A stretch of DNA of 46,324 nucleotides, the filler included, from Jimgerdemannia flammicorona (taxonomy: Eukaryota): NCBI GenBank assembly GCA_003990765.1. It is 2 parts of 2 records of this genome, joined end to end, with 100 filler letters (N's around TTAATTAATTAA, not from the genome) between each part and the next. Parts side by side here need not be neighbours in the genome. Positions count along the whole stretch, not along the records: positions 23,215 to 46,324 come from RBNJ01001157.1; 1 more part is not named here. One strand, 5' to 3'. The position numbers and the translations under genes are program-made. This document shows positions 36,123 to 46,324 of the stretch, in pieces. A model generated the notes under the pieces. That model was given only the letters and a program-made list of their open reading frames with translations, made no database searches and was not told the origin of the DNA. Position 1 is the first letter of the stretch, and each line of letters opens with the position of its first letter.

Positions 36123-36635
36123 ATGAATCAGACAATTGATCAGCACCTCCAGACCCTTGTTCTAAGTTCATTCCAATCACTCACAGTTTCCCTTCCACAA
36201 TTCCAATAAGTCAATAGAAACCCCCTACAGAAAATCTAGACCCATCAAGAGAACCTCATCTTGACCAGATATTTACTGTAAGTCCACTAGCTGCAGGCCT
36301 ATTATGCAATTGGAGAACAATTGCAGAACCTCCCAGCAGCATATCTGACCTACATCAGAAACTCCACTGGTCTTACTCAGAAAAATACCACTGCTGCAGA
36401 CAGATTGTACACAATCTACAAATGAAATTTTCCAGCCTTAACACAAGTACAATTTCTTCTGAATGATATTTAGAACATGAACTCTGCCATCTACTGGAGT
36501 ATCATCAACTATGTCAAAATTCTGTTTCCAGAGGAAGAAGAAGAACCTGTTGAGTGGAGTAACTCTGATCCAAATGAAGATACTGGTTCAGATATTGATG
36601 CTGAAGATGCTTATGCATATTGAAATGATGACTAA
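36123..36635 (+). pseudogene. 3' accessory ORF of family 2 (170 codons), homologous to the LTR ORF of family 1
   Basis: The ATG overlaps the pol end (pol stop 36137-36139). Single frame with transition-type stops; YYAIGEQL..AADRLYTIYK..NDI*NM motif; acidic tail. Confidence 0.72.
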
Positions 36636-36663
36636 AGGATTGTCTGAGGGCAGATCATTCTTT

Positions 36664-36675
36664 AGTGGGGGCTGA
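36664..36675 (+). other. Polypurine tract of family 2
   Basis: AGTGGGGGCTGA directly before TGTGACA. Confidence 0.7.
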
Positions 36676-38094
36676 TGTGACAAGCAACAGAATGGTATTA
36701 CCAAAATCATAAATTAGCTACATACTATATCTAGTACACTAAGCAACTAAGACTGCTTTACTGTGCCAATCTATATATTTAGCCAGAGATACTAGAAACA
36801 GTATGTTTACCTATACCCTCAAGAAATACTTACTATAGTTAGTAATCTATAGTTAGCAACATAGTAATTCATAGTAACCACAACTATATAAAATACCCCA
36901 GAGATAAGAGTAAATAAACCTCAGTCCAAAATTGAAGCAAAAGACAAGTCTATCTACCATATTTCAAGAGGAACTCTACAGCTATTGCTAAGAGATTGTA
37001 CTTTGAGAGAAACTCTACAGCCACTGCTAGGAGATTGTGAGCTTATTTTCCCACTCTGGTCCACTTTTCAATATAAAGAATGAGTCTAAAAAGTTGAAGC
37101 AAACCAAAGAAGCCTCTAAAGATTGAGCATTGGTCCCTTTTCCCCACTTCAGTCCACTTTCTGATATAAAGATTGATTGGTATACTTACCAGACTAAGCC
37201 TGAAGAATCTGAGTTTGCCATCTAAGTTTATAAAAGAACTTCACTGCCATTTCTAAGTTATCTATATTCCCAGAAAGCCTAAGAGAAAGCTGCCCTGCTT
37301 AAGCCAGTTTCTGATACAACTTTGTAGTAAATTCATTTGCATAAATGAAGCCAGTCTTTGACACAACTTTGCCAAGAGACTCTTTCCCAAAAGCCACCAG
37401 TTATATTTCTCAGTTGAAGCTACCAATTCAGAAAGAATCTATGACATCCAAGTTATTTCTCAGAAGCCCACCAATTTAAGAAGAATCCATGACATCTGAG
37501 TCATTCAAGTTACCTGAGTTATCTGAATTATCCACAACATCTGAGTTAGTCATTTGTTCCCAGTAAGTCAATACAGAAGAATCTGCTGCTAGTATAATTT
37601 CCAGTAAGCTGCTATTTCAGAGAAACTACACCTAAATCAAGTTATCTATCAGAAATTGCATACTTTTGGAGATCATCGCACTATATAGAGATCACTACAC
37701 TACATAAGACTGTCACCCAGAAATCACATACTTTTGGAGATCACTGTTACCTAAGAAGGAAAACTGCTAAATTGCCAGATCATCATGTATAAGGAACTTA
37801 TCATACTATATATAAAATTCTACTAATTCCCAGTTGACCCAAGAAGAAAACTCATTTACAAATTATCACTACACTCAGAGAACTATCCTAATAAAAAAAT
37901 CAACATACAAATTGACCACTACACAACTAGAAGAATTACTATTATATCCAGATTGACTATTATACCACTAAACACCAAGTATCTCTAGAATCTTAGAACA
38001 TTTTGTTGCTTTTGACAAAGTAACTGGAGGCTCAAGCCAAACTACATCAACCCCCAACCTTGTAATTTATCTCAATTGAGCCAGGCACATTATA
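36676..38094 (+). repeat. Probable 3' LTR of family 2
   Basis: Starts TGTGAC after the PPT; TATATAAAA ~36886 and AATAAA ~36913; internal duplications; ends ATTATA (transition-mutated GTCACA). No second copy is available to confirm the end. Confidence 0.6.
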
Positions 38095-40436
38095 ATATTA
38101 TAGAGTTATAGAGGTCCATCATTAATACTATCTTATATATTAGGATTATAGCTATCTATTAGAATAATACTACTATCTTATATATTAGGATTATAGCTAT
38201 CTATTAGAATAATACTACTATCTCCTTATAGATCTTATATATTTTATCTAAAGATAGATAAAACTCTCTTATAACTATATTAATCAGAAAGCTCAGAAAT
38301 TATTATTATTGAGTAAGTTCTTAAATATACTTTATTAGATATAAGAGAAATCTCAAGATCTCTAGATATTTCTAGATAATTGTTCTATAAAGAAGAACTT
38401 TATCTCTTATAGAGACTAGAAGATATATATTATATATAGTAGATAAGATAAATGCTATACTTCTGAAGAGATACTAGAACTACTATCATTAACTTAGTTT
38501 AGATCCAGAGAGTAGAGGATAGTCTAAATAGCATTATATAGAACTTTTAGTTAATCTTTCATTATTAGAAGGCTATAAATATATGATCTGCTAAATATAG
38601 AGAAATATAGAGATATATATTCTTAATATTGATCTTAATGAAATAGTTGCTAAATTATATTATATAATATAGAGTTTGAATATCTTTTATCTTAAAGTAC
38701 AAATACTATATAAACTTATTCAGTAAATATATATTAAGATAGATATAATACTTATTAATTTGAAGAATAGTAAAGATATTAGAAAAGAAGAGCAGTTCTT
38801 TTAGTTGAGCAGAATAAATAGTATTCTTATTCTAAAACTTAGAGATAGTTATATTTACTAATATCTTTTCTATTTCTAATATATGTTTCTTATAGGAGAA
38901 GTGAGGCTGACTCTAAAGAGAGATCAGAGAGCTTATCTATTTAAAGTAGATCATATTATATACTATATCAAAGACTCAGTGGTCAATATTCATATCTACT
39001 TAGATAGTCTCTGAAATCTTAGTTAGTTATATTTCAATCTTAGTAATAATATTTAAAATCTTGAGAGCAATTATACAGAGCCTTCAGGGTAAGTGGTAGG
39101 CATTGATATGTCTTATTCTGTAGATTAGTTCAGATATTGGCCTCAGCTAGTTATGCTTAGATAGCAGTACTCTGAGTTGGTTAATGTATATTATAGTAGT
39201 TGAGATAGTAATTATACTGAAAGCCATTTCTCTGACTATGGTCTCTAGAAGAAAAAGATCTATAGTTAGATAATTTATATAATAGTTTAGTAGTATTTAT
39301 TAACTTTTTTGACAATAAGGTAGTATTTTTAGTATTTGATATTCTTATAGAAAGTCAGATAAATTTAGTACTAAAGAGGTCATAGTTATATTTAAAGCTA
39401 GAAGTTAAGATATAGTAGATAGAAATAAGAGTGGATAACTATCCTACAAACTTAGTAAGCTTGATATAGTAGTAAATTCAGATATATTTTACTTTATAGA
39501 AACTGATTTAGAGAGTGTTATATATTTTCTCTACTAGAGAGAGAAAGACAGTATTATATAGACCAGCTTATAATGATAAAGGTTAGCCCTATTAGCTCAT
39601 AGTTTAAAAGTATAAAGAGTGAGAGTAATTAGCTAGAGAGTATTATCAATAGCTCATTAAGTTTTAGTAAGAACCTTGTTTGCTTCTTTAGCTATCTTAC
39701 TAAAATCTTTAATAAAGATATTATTGATAGATAGAATATAGAAAATACTCTATAATGGCTTAGAATTATGATAGAGAAGTTTCTAAAAACTAATAGCAGT
39801 GAGGTATATATTGATCTAGTCCTCAGAGATAGTATTATTAAATATGAGAGAAATGTAGTATATATCTCCTAATATCTCTGATCTTAGTAATAGTGAGGAA
39901 TTTGTTATTACTACTATTAACATCATTGTTCTGAAGATTTATATTATTGAAGTTATTATTAATAAATCTATAGAGATATTGAAGAAAGGAAATATCAGTA
40001 ATATATTATCATTTATACTAGTTTATGACCTCTGGATTTAATAAAGAAGGGCAGAGGCTGATTATGACATTCTTAGTAACCTATTGAAGGAATTTAGTAT
40101 ACTTGATTAGAGTGGCCTAATTATATTACTATTGTTGAGATTTATCATATATAATTAGATATATATATTATAGAAAGAGATAAACTGTCAAGCTTTTAAA
40201 ATAGCTAAAAGACAGACTCTGTAAAAGTTAGAAATATTTTTACCATATATTTTATATTGCCAATATTTCATATATAGGTCTTAAACAGATAAATTTATAT
40301 ATTACATAAAACATTACTATGTCTAAAAAAAAATAAAGTATGCCAATATCTTCAGAATAGCAAAAACTAACTCTAAAATAGTTCAGAACTAAGTAATTTT
40401 TAATTACATTAGCTATAGTAATAGTTAACTATTAAG
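38095..40436. repeat. Unclassified, extremely AT-rich hypermutated repeat remnant
   Basis: CpG-free, TpA-rich, no ORFs; no motif recognised. Confidence 0.5.
38126..38223. repeat. Perfect 45-bp tandem duplication
   Basis: TACTATCTTATATATTAGGATTATAGCTATCTATTAGAATAATAC at 38126-38170 and 38171-38215, plus a partial third copy. Confidence 0.9.
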
Positions 40437-40898
40437 TATAATAGTCCGAGTTTCTTTAAGAGAAAGTAGCTAAATTTTGTAGTTCTGGTGGATCTAAAGT
40501 AGCTTGAAGAGATATTTATAGGTTCAAGTATTCTTAAAGAAATTCTGAAAGAAAATATTCTGAGCTTTATTTAAGCAGAGAATAAGGATATTTGTATAAG
40601 ATCTGAAAGAAAGATCTGGAAGAATCTTAGAAAAGAAAAGTAAAGCTAAGAAATAGATTTTCAGTAAGAATGACTAATAAAATTCTATAATATTTTCAAA
40701 AGTTCTATAACTAGCTAAAATAAGATACTTGATACTAAGAAAATATAAAGATCTAGTAATATCTTGATACTAAGAGAAGATTTCTAGATATTTAGAAGAT
40801 ATTGAAACATAGTAAAATATTCAAGAAAAGATAAGAGAAGACTAGAAAAAAGATGTAAAAAAGTACTAAGGCTAAAATATAACTGTAAAATTATTACA
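40437..40898 (-). repeat. 3' LTR of the chromovirus (~462 bp); PPT at 40899-40911
   Basis: Direct repeat of 45990-46324; the minus strand reads AAGAAGAGAGAGA then TGTAAT. Confidence 0.88.
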
Positions 40899-41196
40899 TC
40901 TCTCTCTTCTTAAGAACTAATATCCTCATTGAGTTTTTAGATTATATAAGACTAAATATACTTAATAAAAATTTCTCAAACTTATATCAGCATATTGGTA
41001 AAGACTGGCTATTCTCATATAGGGTAGAGGATCTGTTACTAGACTAACCAACTGAGAGAGGTTCAAACTCAGCTAGTAGCTTTATTTCAGTAAACTTCTA
41101 ATGCATAAGGCACTGGTTATTACCATAGGTCATCAATAATCTAAGAAAGTCACTATAGAGATTGAGTAATATATTTTGCCTTAAAGTCTTAAACTA

Positions 41197-41320
41197 GTTC
41201 TTGAGATTAACTAGTAATTCTTAGATAGTATCATATTTAGAATAGTCCATCCACTTGATCAAATATTCAAAATAATAGTAGTGGATTCATTTGTTAAGAA
41301 TTTTCTTAACTTTATACTTG
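41197..41320 (-). pseudogene. Integrase chromodomain
   Basis: KYKVKKILNK*...EYLIKWMDYSKYDTI*ELLVNLKN corresponds to EYEVEKILDKR..YLIKW.GY...TWEP..NL after reverting transitions. Confidence 0.85.
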
Positions 41321-44300
41321 ATATGGTCTTCAATAATTACAGGGGTAGATAGCTTGAGAATTTGACTAGGATAGAGTGGTGACTGGCTTCAGATCTTGAG
41401 ATATGATATATAAAAGACTAGATATATCCTCATGATTTCAGGTAACTTGAGATAGTAGGAGGAAGCTAAGACTTGTTCAGTAATCTCAAAGGGTCTAATA
41501 TATTTGGATTAAAATTTATTTAACAGGTAGTTGACTTGAGATTATATCTTGAAGTTCTCAGTAGATAGTAGGACTTAGTCTCCAATAGTATATATGATAT
41601 CATAGTGCTTCTTATTAGTATATTTGGCTTAGTGTTATTGGGCTTTCTGAAGATTTATGATGGTAATCTTGAGTAGTTCATTTATCTTATCTATGAGGTT
41701 TCTAGTAGTAGAGACTTATATTTAACTATTTTTCTTAAAAGAGACTAAACTTGTAGAGGTCTTGGGGTCTTAACTATAGAATAGCCAAAAGAGAGAAAGA
41801 TCAGTAGATGATTGAACAGTATTATTGTATATAAATTCTATATACGTCAAATAGTAGTCCCAATTATCTTATTTATAAAAAATATAGTTTCTGAGTATTT
41901 TCTCTAATATTCTGTTCATATACTGAGTTGTTTATCAGTTTGTAGATAGAAGATAATAGATATGGCAAATTGTATTTCTAGAGTCTTAAAGAGAGTTTTT
42001 CAAAAGTAACTAGTGAACTTGAAATTATGGTTACTGAAAATTACTTATAGTAGACCATAATAATGATAAAAGATAGACTTGAAGAAGATTATTGCAATCT
42101 CAGATATAGTAATATTAGTAGTGGTGAGTTTGGCAATCATAGTCTTGATTAGATGGTCAATAAACATAATGATGATATTGATACTAAATTGAGTTCATAA
42201 TAGTTGAGTTACAAAGTCCATTGTAACTTACTCAAATTTCTTAATTGGAATTAGCAGTAGTTATAGTAAACCAGCTGATACTTGGTTGATAGACTTGTTG
42301 CATTGATAGAGATTATATCTAGTAATATAGTTCTTGATTTTCTTGATCCTATTTGACTAATAGTAGTAATTTTGGATGTTTTTAACAGTTTTCTCAATTT
42401 CAAGATAACTGATAAGTGGGGAGTTATAGTATTCTTATAGTATCTTATAGTATAGATTTATGTTGTCAGATAGGTAGACTTTGTCTTAATAATAGATTAT
42501 ATTATTCTCAATAGTATATGTATCCTTGAGCTCATTTGAGAAAGCTCTAATAGCAATAGTATCTTCTTTATAAGCTTATCTAATTTGGTCTAGAAATTGT
42601 AATACTAAGGTAACTTGTATGATTGTAGTAAGGTCTAAATATTTAGATAAGATATCTGGTACTACAAGTGTTTTGCCAGACTTGTAGATAATCATTGGAT
42701 TGAAAGTTTGAAGTTTAGACTCTACTTGGCTTATAGATATAATAGGGTAGATTAAATATTAATATACTTGAGTGATTGATGATCAGTAATAACATCAAAC
42801 TTAATATTTTCTAGATAGTATTACTAGTGATCTAGTATATATATTATTACTAGTAACTGCTTTTCATAGGTGGCTAGTTTTTGTTCAGCCAGAGATAACT
42901 TGCAGAACTTAAAGGCAATAGAGTAATGTTCTTTATCATCATCTTGTAACAGAACTGCTCTAATGATAAAATTCAACATATCTATAGTAATAGTAAATTT
43001 TAGACTTAGATCTGCATTGTATAGGACTAGAGCATAGATCAGGTAGTTCTTGAGTTCTTGAAAGGCTTGTTGACAAAAGAGGTCTCAGGTATAGAGTACA
43101 TAGTGATCAGAGTTAGAGGCTTTCTTTATGAGATTAGTCAGTGGCTCAGCAATACCAGAAAAATTCCTGATAAAGTAATGGTAGTAGCTAGCTAGACTAA
43201 GAAAGAACCAGAGTTCTATGAGGTTTGAAAGAATAGATCATTCTTAAATTTTCTCTATCTTGTATAGATCTACTTGGATTCCTTATACAGAAAAAATATA
43301 GCTAAGATATTTAACTTATTCTTTAAAGAATTCATACTTCTTGAGTTTTATATATAGTTTATATTCTCATAAAATCTCTAGGACTACTTAGATATGCTTG
43401 AGGTATTCTTCTTTAGTTGCATTAAAGATCAGAATGTTGTCAAGATATACTAATAAGAAGATAAATAGTTAGTCTTTAAATATCTTATTTATGAGAATCT
43501 GAAATATAGTAGGTGTATTGATAAGACCAAATACAAGAACTAGGAATTCATTGAGTCCAAAGAGAGTTATAAATATAGTCTTGGAGATATCTTCTGACTT
43601 GATTCAGATTTGGTAGTAATCTGACATAAGGTCTAGCTTGATGAAGTACTTGGCATTTTTAAGATTATCAAAAATTTGATCAATTAAGAGTAACAGATAT
43701 CAGTTCTTGACTTTAAGCTTATTGAGTACTCAGTAGTCTATATATATTTACAGAGTATTATTCTTCTTCTTGATAAATAAGACTGATAAACCATAGGAGT
43801 ATTTGCTTGGTTGAAAGGCTCCTCATATAAGTAACTCTTCTAGTTTCTTCTTGACTGCTTCAATTACAAGAGATAATATATAATATATTTAATTTTACAA
43901 TCAACTTCTTATATAGGTAGTAGACTAGATAGCTTATCTGAAAAGATATTTTTAAATTCTTCAAGAAATAACTTGATGCTTTTATTAATTGATAACTTCT
44001 TGTCTTATTTTTTGAGATAGACTATTGCAATAAAGATATATACTGTCTTCTTGAGTACTTTCTTGTACAGTATTGCTAATAATATTGCAATCTGGATTTT
44101 ATTCATAGGTTTGTCTGTCTTGATAGTAATATTGACTCCTTTCTAAAATAGGGTAACTTTATTCTTATACCAATCAATATTTTGATTATGTTTGATAAGT
44201 CAGAGTTTTCTTAAAATCAGGTTATAATCTCCTAGTAGTACAATTTTGAAATCTACTTATTCCCAATATTTCTAAATCTCGATAGATAGTTTGGCAGCAA

Positions 44301-44514
44301 TTGACTCAATAGAATATAGTGTACCATCTACAGTAACTACACCATCATTCTTAAGTACTAATTTGATAAGGATCTTGAGGTTTTCAATAAGGTTCTAATT
44401 GATGAAGTTTCCTATAACTTTACTATTTATAAGTACTTGAACTTTCTTCCCTTTAACTAGATCTTTGAAAATGAGTATAGCTTGAGCTCAGTTTTCAGTA
44501 AGACTTGCTACTTA

Positions 44515-44930
44515 ATCAGTATTATCAAAATCTTTCTGGTCTCACTTAGTTTTGAGTAGTTCTTGGACTTCTATAACCTTGAGTTGACTGGTTTTTTCTA
44601 GGATCATTTTTATAACTTGGTCTCCTTTCTTAACTATATAGTCTTGATTCTTCTAGTTGACAAGCAAGACTTAAACCTATCCTCAATAGTCTGAGTCAAT
44701 GATACTAGTATCAATATCTAAATGATATTTAATACTAAGTCCTGATTATAGTATAATTCTAACATAATATCCTTCAGAACATTGGACTGTAATTCCAGTA
44801 GACACTAGAGTTTAGCTTTTAGTAAGAATAGTAACTTGCTTAACAGAGTATAAGTCAAGATCAATGGTATCTTCTAATTGATATTGAGAGATCTAAGCCT
44901 TTAAATGAAGTTTCTTAATTTTGAGTTTAG
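44515..44930 (-). pseudogene. dut: dUTPase domain between the Gag zinc knuckle and protease (chromovirus)
   Basis: LKIKKLHLKA*ISQY, DTIDLDLYS, LVSTGI, RIIL*SGL, IDSDY*G, KGDQV, *DQKDFDNTD (RGQKGFGSTG); in frame with both the CCHC knuckle and the protease. Confidence 0.88.
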
Positions 44931-45975
44931 ATTGACTAATAGTAGAATTGGTAGATATATCTTTGAATAATATAGTAACTAGTTTTGAGAGTTTGCTGGT
45001 CTTTTTAGGACATTTAGTTACAATGTATCCTGTTTGGTAATAGAAGAAACAAGTTTCAGATTTCTTCAAATGATCTTTTTCTTCTATAGTAAACTTGGTA
45101 TTTTTCTATTTATAGTATCTAGATCTATTGGTACTGAGCTAACTACTTTGAGTTGGTTTTTGTAATAGTTCTCAAAGTAATTCTTCTTACAGTGCTCTAG
45201 TTTAAAGTAGTTGCTAAAGATGATAATATCAAACCTATTAGTAATTCTCATAGCTTCGTTAAGGTTCTATAGCTTCTCTAGCTCAACCTTGACTTATATG
45301 TTTCCTTTCAGGCCTTAGATATAGTAATCTATCTTTTTGTCCTCAGCTATTACTAGTAGTTTGAGTAGAATTGACAGAAATTATATATTGTAACTTTGTT
45401 TAGATTTGAGTTGCTTGATGTTCACTAGCTTATCTTAGACTAGCTTGATAGTATTAGTAGGCTTGAACTGCTTGTAAAAGGCCTCCTTGAAAGATGTCCA
45501 ATTTTGGATTTTTGTATCTAAATAGATAGTAGTAGTTATAATATAATTATACCATCAAATAGGTATATTTTCTTAGAGGAGTGTAGTGGTAAATTAGACT
45601 TATATGTTTTCTTCTATTCTTATAAGTTCAAAGTATTGGTCTAACTGAAAGGTCTATGTATCTGTGGTCAGTCCTTCTCAGTGACCATTAAAGATATCTA
45701 GTTTGAAGCTAACTAGTATAGTAGTAGAATATAATATAACAGTAGTCTTTATTTTCTAATAGTCTATTTGTGTTTGAAGTTATCAAATTTAATAGGCTAT
45801 AGTGGTAATCATTTCTTCTAGATTAACTCATAGTTCTGTACCATCTGCTTCTTCTATAGCAAAAGGGTCTAGACAGTAGACTGATTCTTTATAATTTATT
45901 TTGATCTCATATAACTAGTTGTAACTGGTTTCTGAAATTATATAAGATTTCTTAATAAGGTAAGATATAATGATA

Positions 45976-45988
45976 CCACTATTACTAA
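45976..45988 (-). other. Probable tRNA-Leu-type primer-binding site
   Basis: Minus strand TAGTAATAGTGGT next to the LTR end differs from TGGTGGCAGCGGT only by G>A/C>T changes; the sister copy reads TAGTAGTAGT. Confidence 0.5.
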
Positions 45989-45989
45989 G

Positions 45990-46324
45990 TGTAATAGTTC
46001 TAGTTTCTTTAAGAGGAAGTGGCTAAATATGATAATTCTAGTGGGCCTAAAGTAGCTTAAAAAGATACTTATAGGTTCAAGAAATTCTGAGAGAAAATAT
46101 TCTAAGCTTTATTTAAGTAAAGAATAAGAATATTTATATAAGATCTAAAAGAAGAATCTGGAAGAATCTTAGAAAAGAAAAGAAAAGTTAAGAAATATAT
46201 TCTTGACAAGGATGACTAATAGAATTCTACAATATTCCAAAAGATTCTATAACTAGCTAAGATAAGATACTTAGTGTCAAGAAAAGACAAAAATATTTTA
46301 ATAATGTCTTAGTTTTTTTTTTTT
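45990..46324 (-). repeat. 5' LTR of the chromovirus (truncated at the window end)
   Basis: Aligns with 40437-40770. Confidence 0.85.

Larger units (their letters stand above)
31393..38094 (+). mobile_element. Ty3/gypsy family 2 element, 5'-truncated within the protease, with dUTPase, 3' accessory ORF and ~1.4-kb 3' LTR
   Basis: YDMILGTNW protease C-terminus, dUTPase, SPWASP, YMDD (~34264), LYTDT RNase H, integrase, WEGLY, PPT, TGTGAC LTR start. Left boundary approximate (31350-31395). Confidence 0.92.
40437..46324 (-). mobile_element. Chromovirus (Ty3/gypsy with chromodomain), near full length, heavily mutated
   Basis: Minus strand: 5' LTR (from 45990), gag with CCHC (~45010-45052), dUTPase, VLINSKVIGNFI (LIDSGATGNFI) protease ~44401-44436, VYLDN RT ~43436-43450, RH, IN, RPF (GPF) ~41490, chromodomain, PPT, 3' LTR. 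Confidence 0.92.

Noticed and set aside
45971..45978. tRNA-iMet PBS (TGGTATCA on the minus strand)
   Set aside because: It lies ~12 nt from the LTR end, is not followed by GAGC and is not conserved in the sister copy; a Leu-type PBS fits better.

Overview
Fungal genomic window, judged from a Zn2Cys6 gene and a fungal-type NB-ARC remnant. It consists of two sequences joined by an artificial N44-TTAATTAATTAA-N44 linker (23115-23214). About 38 kb is a nest of C>T/G>A-hypermutated (RIP-like, CpG-depleted) retroelements. These include three Ty3/gypsy families that all carry a dUTPase: family 1 (copy A 369-6110, full-length copy B 8579-17338), family 2 (31.4-38.1 kb, plus a minus-strand fragment split by copy B) and a chromovirus (40437-46324 minus, plus a fragment at 6111-7805). 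There are also two L1-clade LINEs and a hAT-type hairpin MITE. An unmutated island (23.2-31.4 kb) holds a C2H2+Zn2Cys6 gene and several degraded genes. Most notable: the ~1.54-kb LTR of family 1 contains a complete ~260-aa ORF in its U3 region. A homologous ORF lies between integrase and the PPT in family 2, suggesting an uncharacterised non-Env accessory protein of dUTPase-bearing fungal retrotransposons. All translations and alignments were made by eye; no database searches were run.
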